From: Macrostomum lignano | Lineage: Eukaryota | DNA: 30,302 nucleotides | Direction of reading: 5' to 3' | NCBI GenBank assembly: GCA_002269645.1 | Contig: NIVC01000155.1 | Span: forward strand, 1-30,302 | Shown here: positions 1 to 23,600 of the stretch, piece after piece | Numbering within the stretch: the stretch's first letter is position 1 | How the letters are laid out: every line of letters starts with the position of its first letter | Program-made: the position numbers and the translations under genes | The notes under the pieces: generated by a model | Seen by the model: the letters and a program-made list of their open reading frames with translations, nothing else | Databases searched by the model: none | What the model was told of the DNA's origin: nothing

Positions 1-460
<460 letters not shown>

Positions 461-1688
461 TACAGATTATGCATTGAATTATGAATGAATTGAACTACTA
501 AAATTTCGAAAACATTAGCAGGATGCAATTCAAATCGTCAGTATGTCATATATTAACGCAAATAGTTGAAGAATTCCTTGGGATCAACATAAATTAACTT
601 TAACTGTCGCGCACAACATCAATACTCATAGTAGCGTATACTAGGATCAAAAAAGATACGTATTTAAAACAAAAAACAGTAAAATTCAAATAATGTACAG
701 TACGAGCATAGGTGGTGACACACTTCAAGAAAAATACGCAATTATAACTGCCAAATTCGATTGTCAAGTTAACAAAAATAAACTTGAAATAAAACATTTT
801 TACTGTAAATTTACAGCAAAAAAGACTGACGGAAAGTAAGATCAGTAAGCCAAGAAGATTTTGTTAATCCGACAAGACGAGACAGACCATGGACAGATTT
901 ATAAGTGGCGAATGAGCGACAGAGCGCGATTCCGATTAAACAGTTCATATTTTTAACACATGCATATAAAAATTTACTATCTACAGGTTATTTTGGTTGA
1001 TTAAAGAAATATCGAAAGTTGCAAGATTAGAAGATTAAATGAATGAAAAATATCATTAGCTTATTGGATTTTCTGACCTCAAAATTTTGACATGTATTAT
1101 TTCAGTAGCTACCTAAACGAGTTGCTGAAGACTCAAAACTGTCAGCGAAATGTATTATTTTAATTATTATTGAATTTCACCGGAGAACAACACAAAATTT
1201 TTGAGAAAATTTTTTAGGTGAAATGTCATATAAAGAGGCATGCATGATCAGTTGATTGATGTCATTTAGGAATGAAAAAGCCATCATTTTAGAGTTTTTC
1301 GTTTAAAAGAGAGTAAAATTCGAACAATTAATGCTGTATATTCAAAAGTTGTATAGCTAGCTAGCGCAAAAAATACATTCCGGATTTGTAAGCCAGATTA
1401 TAACGAAAATTCGCGTGATTGAAAATAATCCAAGCGCAACAAATGTATGTACACTCGTCGTGGCAATGTACGTTTCAGCTATTAGTGTGGCTGTTGGGGA
1501 GGTCAGCAAGCTGTTTCTCTTTCACCAGCAAGGTTCGTGGGGGGTAGAACAGTTGCGCCTGGAAGGCTAATTAGTGTACACATTCAGAGTACAATCAAAT
1601 AAGGAAGAGTTAGGGCGGTAAGTACGAGGAAATACCGCGGGAAAATCTAAAGCTAGGAGAGCTATTTTTAGAACACTGGTAATTCTAA

Positions 1689-13139
<11,451 letters not shown>

Positions 13140-14438
13140 TTCTGATTCTAAAAATAGAAATGAAGAGCAAACTATTTCTAACTAATTATATGACGAAGGA
13201 TCTTTGTAATAAAATTTGTGTATAGTTACTCGCGCCGTCTACTTTCTCAATTTTGTAGCTTTTGAATGCGATTTATTAATGACGATAACAGAACTCCCCT
13301 GAAACTGTTTAGATGCATCGGACTACACCATAAACCCAAATTTTTTAAAGCACTGCATTAGGCCAAAAATAACATTGTAGAAAGCATTTTAATATGCTTT
13401 CTTTTTAGAAGCAGTGTTTCAACGCATACTTAATGCAGGCATAGCTCTGGGGGTGGTCCGATCTGATTCCTTGTGGACTTGTTTTTTAGCACCTTCCACC
13501 AGGTGAACAGATTCCATTCAGATTCTTAGGCGTATAGAATAACGCTTAGCTCCATCATAGGCGGTCATTCGACCCCACGAGTGAAATCTCTTAGGTGCGA
13601 AAGATGGGTCTTTGTCTTTCGATTTTATGGTGTCTAAAACTAACTGTTGGGATCTATAAATATATACATGTGGGATCTGAAACCGTCTGAGAAGACCCAG
13701 ATTATGGGACAACTATCTCATTATGCTTAAAAATCAATGCAGCAATCTCCCTGCCTGCATAATATGCTAGAGCATGGATACCGAAGTTTGTGAGGCAAAA
13801 TTTTGTCAATTAATAAACTATTATGGGCAGCGTTAAACTTTGATTTAACCGCATAACCCATGCAGTTCAAAACATTTTTTACCTGCATTTTTAGCCCTCC
13901 ACCCAAAAAAATCAGTTGGCAACCAAGCGCGATGAAGGAGGGGATCAGGGAAGCCACATGCAGTTTTTTAATATCATTTTACAGGTTGACTTCAATGATG
14001 GCTTGTAGGATTTAACGCGCGATTCAAACTATGAATAATAATCATGATAATATTAGTCAATTATAAGGTTACTTTGTAGCTAAGTGTCTAGCGGCTTTAT
14101 ACAGCAACTCATTTTGATTTATTACCAGAGTTAAAGATGATTTCACTCAAATATTATTCTGGTTTTCATATTTTTCGCTTAGCTCACTTGATAATGCTAT
14201 ATGATCAGCTGTTCCTATCTCTTTGGTGTGTTTTTCTTAGCCGAAGTTTTCTATGGCCGAAACCCTATTCAGCGCTGTGCAAAACAGCAAATCTTCTGTC
14301 CTTCCACTTCTGTTAGCCAAGATTTGGTAAAACAAATCCGAAATGTAATAAACTAAACTGAATCTTTAATATATATAGTGTTTTTACTTTCACTATTGAT
14401 TCTCATTGCTGACCGCCGTTGCCCCCTAAATCAATGCT

Positions 14439-14636
14439 TAGCGCCCTCTGTTTGGCGCCTCCGCCTGTTGGCTGTTTGGCGCCCTCTGTTTGGCGCCCTC
14501 TCTTTGGCGCCCTCTGTTTGGCGCCCTCTGTTTGGCGCCCTCTGTTGTTTGGCGCCCTCTCTTTGGCGCCCTCTGTTTGGCACCCTCTGTTTGGCGCCCT
14601 CTGTTTGGCGCCCTCTGTTTGGCGCGCCCTGTTTGG
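14439..14636. repeat. 14-bp minisatellite (GCGCCCTCTGTTTG)n
   Basis: About 14 units. Confidence 0.94.
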
Positions 14637-15407
14637 CTATCCAATAAGTCATTGAATACTAACATACTAACCGTATTAGCATACTAACCGCCGTCAGGTT
14701 TGCTTAACTTATACACCACCCACTCAGCTATAAGGAAGCCGGGACCCTTTCTGTGCATAGGCAATTCTTAGTGAATAATTTATTAATCACGCTAAAGCAA
14801 TAATACAATATTATTTTATACTAGTAAACTAAACTTACCATCCGATCCAAGTTATGGAATTTGTCGTAAGCTCCAACCGATTTACGAAACTGTTGCTAGC
14901 AAATCTTAAATTATATTGGGGCCCTGTAGGACGTGAAGGAAGACACAGCTTACCGAAATTGTGGATTTTGTTTTAAACTGAAGTGGCTTCTGCATGTGAC
15001 GTTGACGGAGGGCGCAAAATCTACTTTTGGTTGTTTTCTAGTGACTCTGCGGAGCGAGCCCTGATTGGCTGGGAGCTCCCCGACCGCCATGCACCCATCG
15101 TGAATTTTGGGCAGCTGCGGTCCAATGGATTCCCGATCCTATACTGAGTCTGGTCAGCGATTTCCCACCGAGTGGTAAAACTCGACTCCTCAAAAATATT
15201 GGCAGCCGCCAAGACTGTCTAAACTGAGTTCAAGGTCTCAGGCCTGATTATTAGTATTACCAGCCACAATGCAACACTTTTAAATAACTACATTTGTAAC
15301 TCCCAAGACTTTTCAAATACTTCATTCATTGAACGAGACGTAAGACTGTCTGTACTCTCTACTCTGCACTGCCTGTCTATTATTCACTTTTCCTTTCGAA
15401 TATACTT

Positions 15408-15895
15408 CTCTCTCTCCTCTCTCCTCTGTCCTGATCTTCTCTCTTCTCTCTATCCTCTATCCTCTCTCCTCACTCTTCTCTTCTCTCTCTCTCTCTATCC
15501 TCTCCTCTCTCCTCTCTCCTCTCTCCTCTCTCCTCTCTCCTCTCTTCTCTCTCCTCTCTCCTCTCTCCTCTCTATCCTCTCCTCTCTCCTCTATCCTCTC
15601 TCCTCTTTCCTCTCTCCTCTCTCCTTTATCCTCTCTCTCTCCTCTATCCTCTCTCCTCTATCCTCTCTCCTCTATCCTCTCTCCTCTATCCTCTCTCCTC
15701 TACTCTCTCCCTCCTCTCTCTCTCCCTCTCTCTCTCTCCTCTCTCTCTCTCTCTCCTCTCTCCTCTCTCCTCTCTCTCTCTCTCTCCTCTCTCCTCTCTC
15801 TCCCCTCTCCCTCTCTCTCCTCTCTCCTCTCCCTCTCTCCTCTCTCCTCTCCCTCTCCCTCTCTCCCTCTCCTCTCTCCCTATCTCTTTTATCTC
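15408..15895. repeat. Polypyrimidine (CTCTC/CT)n tract
   Basis: About 490 bp of almost only C and T on the + strand. Confidence 0.95.
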
Positions 15896-16179
15896 TCTAT
15901 ACATATCTCCCCCTAGTAATCTCCCCCCTCATTCAATTCTCTTAATCCGTCCTTATTCTCTTAATCTTCTATAATCTATATCATCCTCTTTCTCTTACCT
16001 CTCTATACAGGGCTATATTGAGTGACTCTCACTTTTTGCACACTATGCATTTGTATAGCTTATAATTTGTGTGCATTGCAACGCAAGTGCAAGAATTCGA
16101 TGCTGCAGTTGGGGGGGGGGGGCGGGGCGCTTATATTACGGAATGGCGGTTTCGTATTACTGTTGAAACACCAACTTAC

Positions 16180-16380
16180 ACGGGGGACCCTGCATATCGT
16201 TTGGCCTCAATATTGGAGATGCTGCTGCTGCTGCTGGTGCTGCTGCTGCTGGTGGTGCAGGATGCTGAATTAATTTTCGGCATTCCACATGGTGAAGCTG
16301 AAATGCAGGCTTGCCAGAATTCTTGCCAGAGACGTTGTGGAGAATATGCAGTAGAGGGCGGAGAGTAGGTCAAGGCCATA
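16180..16380 (-). other. Probable upstream (5' UTR) exon of the 2DBD-NR gene; its 5' boundary is uncertain
   Basis: There is a strong donor, CCCCCGT|GTAAGT, at 16179. The segment is GC-rich, contains a CAG repeat and is on the same strand as the gene. The coding exon has an otherwise unpaired acceptor at 13148. No transcript evidence is available. Confidence 0.5.
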
Positions 16381-16499
16381 GAGATTAGAGAGCAGACTTA
16401 GGAATGGAGAGCAAGAGAAGAGATCAGGGGCCGAGGTCCGAAAGTAAAGGACGGAGTTTAGAGGCGGAGAGTATAGAGAGCGGAGATTATTGGCAGAAG

Positions 16500-17088
16500 G
16501 TAGAGGGCGGATAGTAGAGGGCGGAGATTAAGGGGCGGAAACTAGAGGGCGGAGATTAAGGGGCGGAAAGTAGAGGGCGGAGATTAAGGGGCGGAAAGTA
16601 GAGGGCGGAGATTAAGGGGCGGAAAGTAGAGGGCGGAGATTAAGGATCGAAAAGTAGAGGGCAGAGATTAAGGGCCGAAAAGTAGAGGGCGGAGATTAAG
16701 GGGCGAAAAGTAGAGGGTGGAGATTAAGGGGCGGAAAGTAGAGGGCGGAGATTAAGGGGCGGAAAGTAGAGGGCGGAGATTAAGGATCGAAAAGTAGAGG
16801 GCAGAGATTAAGGGCCGAAAAGTAGAGGGCGGAGATTAAGGGGCGAAAAGTAGAGGGTGGAGATTAAGGGGCGGAAAGTAGAGGGCGGAGATTAAGGGGC
16901 GGAAAGTAGAGGGCGGAGATTAAGGGGCGGAAAGTAGAGGGCGGAGATTAAGGGGCGGAAAGTAGAGGGCGGAGATTAAGGGGCGGAAAGTAGAGGGCGG
17001 AGATTAAGGGGCGGAAAGTAGAGGGCGGAGATTAAGGGGCGGAAAGTAGAGGGCGGAGATTAAGGGGCGGAAAGTAGAGGGCGGAGAT
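16500..17088. repeat. 28-bp G-rich minisatellite (GTAGAGGGCGGAGATTAAGGGGCGGAAA)n
   Basis: About 21 units, each made of two related 14-bp halves. A variant block recurs at 16641 and 16781 (140 bp apart). Confidence 0.96.
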
Positions 17089-17641
17089 CAAAGGGTCAAC
17101 TGCGTGAAGTTAGGATTAATAAAAGAGTGAACTGCAATTAATCCTAACTATAGAAAATTTGCTGGATTCAATAAGAAACAAAATGTTAGTCACACAGACA
17201 GAGCAGACCTCATTTGTCTGGTTAAAACTATATATAAGAATTACTTTAATACAGCCATAGCTTGCTGCATTTTATTAATGACCTAAATTTAGGATTTCGA
17301 CGTCTAAAGAGAGTCGGAGACCGCTGTTTTATAGTTTGCAGAATTCAAATTCAGATTTTTAATGCTTTCGGTTTGCTAGTAAGGGGTGCAATAATAAAGT
17401 CCCAGACTTGGCCCTGTAATAGAATCTCCTAGTGGCTTCCCTCAGGAAATTTCTGCTGCAGAGATTGAGAGGATCGCGGGATCAATTAGTGCGGGTAACG
17501 GCTATTCTTCCCATGCATAGAAACTAATTTTTGGTTTCCCATGCATTGTATTTATGCCATTGGTAATTTTGCCCGGTATGGTAAACAAGTATGTGTGACT
17601 ATTTTAATTAAATAAACGTTAAGTTTTTGTAGACCTAATTC

Positions 17642-20600
17642 GGATGCCGTAGAATGCGTGTCAGATGCTGTAGAATGAGTTTCAGTTGTAGAATGAGTGT
17701 CAGATGCTGTAGAATGAGTGTCAGATGCTGTAGAATGAGTGTCAGATGCTGTAGAATGAGTGTCAGTTGTAGAATGAGTGTCGGATGCCGTAGAATGAGT
17801 GTCAGATGCTGTAGAATGAGTGTCAGATGCTGTAGAATGAGTGTCAGATGCTGTAGAATGAGTGTCAGATGCTTTAGAATGAGTGTCAGTTGTAGAATGA
17901 GTGTCAGATGCTGTAGAATGAGTGTCAGATGCTGTAGAATGAGTGTCAGATGCTGTAGAATGAGTGTCAGATGCTGTAGAATGAGTGTCAGATGCTTTAG
18001 AATGAGTGTCAGTTGTAGAATGAGTGTCAGATGCTGTAGAATGAGTGTCAGATGCTGTAGAATGAGTGTCAGATGCTGTAGAATGAGTGTCAGATGCTGT
18101 AGAATGAGTGTCAGATGCTGTAGAATGAGTGTCAGATGCTGTAGAATGAGTATCAGATGCCGTAGAATGAGTATCAAATGCCGTAGAATGAGTGTCAGAT
18201 GCTGTAGAATGAGTGTCAGATGCTGTAGAATGAGTGTCAGATGCTGTAGAATGAGTGTCAGATGCTGTAGAATGAGTGTCAGATGCTGTAGAATGAGTAT
18301 CAGATGCCGTAGAATGAGTGTCAGATGCTGTAGAATGAGTGTCAGATGCTGTAGAATGAGTGTCAGATGCTGTAGAATGAGTGTCAGATGCTTTAGAATG
18401 AGTGTCAGTTGTAGAATGAGTGTCAGATGCTGTAGAATGAGTGTCAGATGCTGTAGAATGAGTGTCAGATGCTGTAGAATGAGTGTCAGATGCTGTAGAA
18501 TGAGTGTCAGATGCTGTAGAATGAGTGTCAGATGCTGTAGAATGAGTATCAGATGCCGTAGAATGAGTATCAAATGCCGTAGAATGAGTGTCAGATGCTG
18601 TAGAATGAGTATCAGATGCCGTAGAATGAGTGTCAGATGCAGTAGAATGAGTGTCGATGCTGTAGAATGAGTGTCAGATGCTGTAAATGAGTGTCAGATG
18701 CTGTAGAATGAGTGTCAGATGCTGTAGAATGAGTGTCAGATGATGTAGAATGAGTGTCAGATGCTGTAGAATGAGTGTCAGATGCTGTAGAATGAGTGTC
18801 AGATGCTGTAGAATGAGTGTCAGATGCTGTAGAATGAGTATCAGATGCCGTAGAATGAGTGTCAGATGCAGTAGAATGAGTGTCGGATGCTGTAGAATGA
18901 GTGTCAGATGCTGTAGAATGAGTGTCAGATGCTGTAGAATGAGTGTCAGATGCTGTAGAATGAGTGTCAGATGCTGTAGAATGAGTGTCAGATGCTGTAG
19001 AATGAGTGTCAGATGCCGTAGAATGAGTGTCAGATGCTGTAGAATGAGTGTCAGATGATGTAGAATGAGTGTCAGATGCTGTAGAATGAGTGTCAGATGA
19101 TGTAGAGTGAGTGTCAGATGCTGTAGAATGAGTGTCAGATGCTATAGAATGAGCGTTAGAGCGTTTAACAGAGTGTCAGATGCTGTAAAATGAGTGTCAG
19201 ATGCTGTAGAATGAGTGTCAGATGCCGTAGAATGAGTGTCAGATGCCGTAGAATGAGTGTCGGATGCTGTAGAATGAGTGTCAGATGCTGTAGAATGAGT
19301 GTCAGATGCTGTAGAATGAGTGTCAGATGCTGTAGAATGAGTGTCAGTTGTAGAATGAGTGTCAGATGCTGTAGAATGAGTGTCAGATGCTGTAGAATGA
19401 GTGTCAGTTGTAGAATGAGTGTCAGATGCCGTAGAATGAGTGTCAGATGCTGTAGAATGAGTGTCAGATGCCGTAGAATGAGTGTCAGATGCTGTAGAAT
19501 GAGTGTCAGATGCTGTAATGAGTGTCAGTTGTAGAATGAGTGTCAGATGCTGTAGAATGAGTGTCAGATGCTGTAGAATGAGTGTCAGTTGTAGAATGAG
19601 TGTCAGATGCTGTAGAATGAGTGTCAGTTGTAGAATGAGTGTCAGATGCTGTAGAATGAGGTCAGAGCGTAACAGAGTGTCAGATGCTGTAAAATGAGTG
19701 TCAGATGCTGTAGAATGAGTGTCAGATGCCTTAGAATGAGTATCAGATGCCGTAGAATGAGTGTCGGATGCTGTAGAATGAGTGTCAGATGCTGTAGAAT
19801 GAGTGTCAGATGCTGTAGAATGAGTGTCAGATGCCGTAGAATGAGTGTCAGATGCTGTAGAATGAGTGTCAGATGATGTAGAATGAGTGTCAGATGCTGT
19901 AGAATGAGTGTCAGATGCTGTAGAATGAGTGTCAGATGCTGTAGAATGAGTGTCAGATGCTGTAGAATGAGTGTCAGATGCTGTAGAATGAGTGTCAGAT
20001 GCTGTAGAATGAGTATCAGATGCCGTAGAATGAGTGTCAGATGCCGTAGAATGAGTGTCAGATGCTGTAGAATGAGTGTCAGATGCTGTAGAATGAGTGT
20101 CAGATGCTGTAGAATGAGTGTCAGATGCTGTAGAATGAGTGTCAGATGCTGTAGAATGAGTGTCAGATGCCGTAGAATGAGTGTCAGATGCTGTAGAATG
20201 AGTGTCAGATGCTGTAGAATGAGTGTCAGATGCTGTAGAATGAGTGTCAGATGCTGTAGAATGAGTGTCAGATTGTAGAATGAGTGTCAGATGCTGTAGA
20301 ATGAGTGTCAGATGCTGTAGAATGAGTGTCAGATGCTGTAGAATGAGTGTCAGATGCTGTAGAATGAGTGTCAGATGCTGTAGAATGAGTGTCAGATGCT
20401 GTAGAATGAGTGTCAGATGCCGTAGAATGAGTGTCAATGCCGTAGAATGAGTGTCAGATGCTGTAGAATGAGTGTCAGATGCTGTAGAATGAGTGTCAGA
20501 TGCTGTAGAATGAGTGTCAGATGCTGTAGAATGAGTGTCAGATGCTGTAGAATGAGTGTCAGATGCCGTAGAATGAGTGTCAGATGCTGTAGAATGAGTG

Positions 20601-23600
20601 TCAGATGCTGTAGAATGAGTGTCAGATGCTGTAGAATGAGTGTCAGATGCTTAGAATGAGTGTCAGTTGTAGAATGAGTGTCAGATGCTGTAGAATGAGT
20701 GTCAGATGCTGTAGAATGAGTGTCAGATGCTGTAGAATGAGTGTCAGATGCTGTAGAATGAGTGTCAGATGCTGTAGAATGAGTGTCAGATGCTGTAGAA
20801 TGAGTGTCAGATGATGTAGAATGAGTGTCAGATGCTGTAGAATGAGTGTCAGATGCTGTAGAATGAGTGTCAGATGCTGTAGAATGAGTGTCAGATGCTG
20901 TAGAATGAGTGTCAGATGCCGTAGAATGAGTGTCAGATGCTGTAGAATGAGTGTCAGATGCTGTAGAATGAGTGTCAGATGCTGTAGAATGAGTGTCAGA
21001 TGCTGTAGAATGAGTGTCAGATGCTGTAGAATGAGTGTCAGATGCTGTAGAATGAGTGTCAGATGCTGTAGAATGAGTGTCAGATGCTGTAGAATGAGTG
21101 TCAGATGCTGTAGAATGAGTGTCAGATGCTGTAGAATGAGTGTCAGATGCTGTAGAATGAGTGTCAGATGCTGTAGAATGAGTGTCAGATGCTGTAGAAT
21201 GAGTGTCAGATGCTGTAGAATGAGTGTCAGATGCTGTAGAATGAGTGTCAGATGCTGTAGAATGAGTGTCAGATGCCGTAGAATGAGTGTCAGATGCCGT
21301 AGAATGAGTGTCAGATGCTGTAGAATGAGTGTCAGATGCTGTAGAATGAGTGTCAGATGCTGTAGAATGAGTGTCAGATGCTGTAGAATGAGTGTCAGAT
21401 TGTAGAATGAGTGTCAGATGCTGTAGAATGAGTGTCAGATGCTGTAGAATGAGTGTCAGATGCTGTAGAATGAGTGTCAGATGCTGTAGAATGAGTGTCA
21501 GATGCTGTAGAATGAGTGTCAGATGCTGTAGAATGAGTGTCAGATGCTGTAGAATGAGTGTCAGATGCTGTAGAATGAGTGTCAGATGCTGTAGAATGAG
21601 TGTCAGATGCTGTAGAATGAGTGTCAGATGCTGTAGAATGAGTGTCAGATGCTGTAGAATGAGTGTCAGATGCTGTAGAATGAGTGTCAGATGCTGTAGA
21701 ATGAGTGTCAGATGCTGTAGAATGAGTGTCAGATGCTGTAGAATGAGTGTCAGATGCTGTAGAATGAGTGTCAGATGCTGTAGAATGAGTGTCAGATGAT
21801 GTAGAATGAGTGTCAGATGCTGTAGAATGAGTGTCAGATGCTGTAGAATGAGTGTCAGATGCTGTAGAATGAGTGTCAGATGCTGTAGAATGAGTGTCAG
21901 ATGCCGTAGAATGAGTGTCAGATGCTGTAGAATGAGTGTCAGATGCTGTAGAATGAGTGTCAGATGCTGTAGAATGAGTGTCAGATGCTGTAGAATGAGT
22001 GTCAGATGCTGTAGAATGAGTGTCAGATGCTGTAGAATGAGTGTCAGATGCTGTAGAATGAGTGTCAGATGCTGTAGAATGAGTGTCAGATGCTGTAGAA
22101 TGAGTGTCAGATGATGTAGAATGAGTGTCAGATGCTGTAGAATGAGTGTCAGATGCTGTAGAATGAGTGTCAGATGCGTAGAATGAGTGTCAGATGCTGT
22201 AAATGAGTGTCAGATGCTGTAGAATGAGTGTCAGATGCCGTAGAATGAGTGTCAGATGCCGTAGAATGAGTGTCAGATGCTGTAGAATGAGTGTCAGATG
22301 CTGTAGAATGAGTGTCAGATGCTGTAGAATGAGTGTCAGATGCTGTAGAATGAGTGTCAGTTGTAGAATGAGTGTCAGATGCTGTAGAATGAGTGTCAGA
22401 TGCTGTAGAATGAGTGTCAGTTGTAGAATGAGTGTCAGATGCCGTAGAATGAGTGTCAGATGCTGTAGAATGAGTGTCAGATGCTGTAGAATGAGTGTCA
22501 GATGCTGTAGAATGAGTGTCAGATGCTGTAGATGAGTGTCAGTTGTAGAATGAGTGTCAGATGCTGTAGAATGAGTGTCAGATGCTGTAGAATGAGTGTC
22601 AGTTGTAGAATGAGTGTCAGATGCTGTAGAATGAGTGTCAGTGTAGAATGAGTGTCAGATGCTGTAGAATGAGGTCAGAGGCGTTTAAATGAGTGTCAGA
22701 TGCTGTAGAGTGTCAGATGCTGTAGAATGAGTGTCAGATGCCTTAGAATGAGTGTCAGATGCTGTAGAATGAGTGTCGATGCTGTAGAATGAGTGTCAGA
22801 TGCTGTAGAATGAGTGTCAGATGCTGTAGAATGAGTGTCAGATGCCGTAGAATGAGTGTCAGATGCTGTAGAATGAGTGTCAGATGCTGTAGAATGAGTG
22901 TCAGATGCTGTAGAATGAGTGTCAGATGATGTAGATGAGTGTCAGATGCTGTAGAATGAGTGTCAGATGCTATAGAATGAGTTCAGATGCGTAAAGAGTG
23001 TCAGATGCTGTAAAATGAGTGTCAGATGCTGTAGAATGAGTGTCAGATGCCGTAGAATGAGTGTCAGATGCCGTAGAATGAGTGTCAGATGCTGTAGAAT
23101 GAGTGTCAGATGCTGTAGAATGAGTGTCAGATGCTGTAGAATGAGTGTCAGATGCTGTAGAATGAGTGTCAGTTGTAGAATGAGTGTCAGATGCTGTAGA
23201 ATGAGTGTCAGATGCTGTAGAATGAGTGTCAGTTGTAGAATGAGTGTCAGATGCCGTAGAATGAGTGTCAGATGCTGTAGAATGAGTGTCAGATGCTGTA
23301 GAATGAGTGTCAGATGCTGTAGAATGAGTGTCAGATGCTGTAGAATGAGTGTCAGTTGTAGAATGAGTGTCAGATGCTGTAGAATGAGTGTCAGATGCTG
23401 TAGAATGAGTGTCAGATGCTGTAGAATGAGTGTCAGATTGTAGAATGAGTGTCAGATGCTGTAGAATGAGTGTCAGATGCTGTAGAATGAGTGTCAGATG
23501 CTGTAAATGAGTGTCAGATGCTGTAGAATGAGTGTCAGATGCTAGAATGAGTGTCAGATGCTGTAGAATGAGTGTCAGATGCTGTAGAATGAGTGTCAGA

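Noticed and set aside
17380-17420. Mariner-TIR-like sequence TAAGGGGTGCAATAATAAAGTCCCAGACT
   Set aside because: I found no inverted partner and no transposase remnant in the window.
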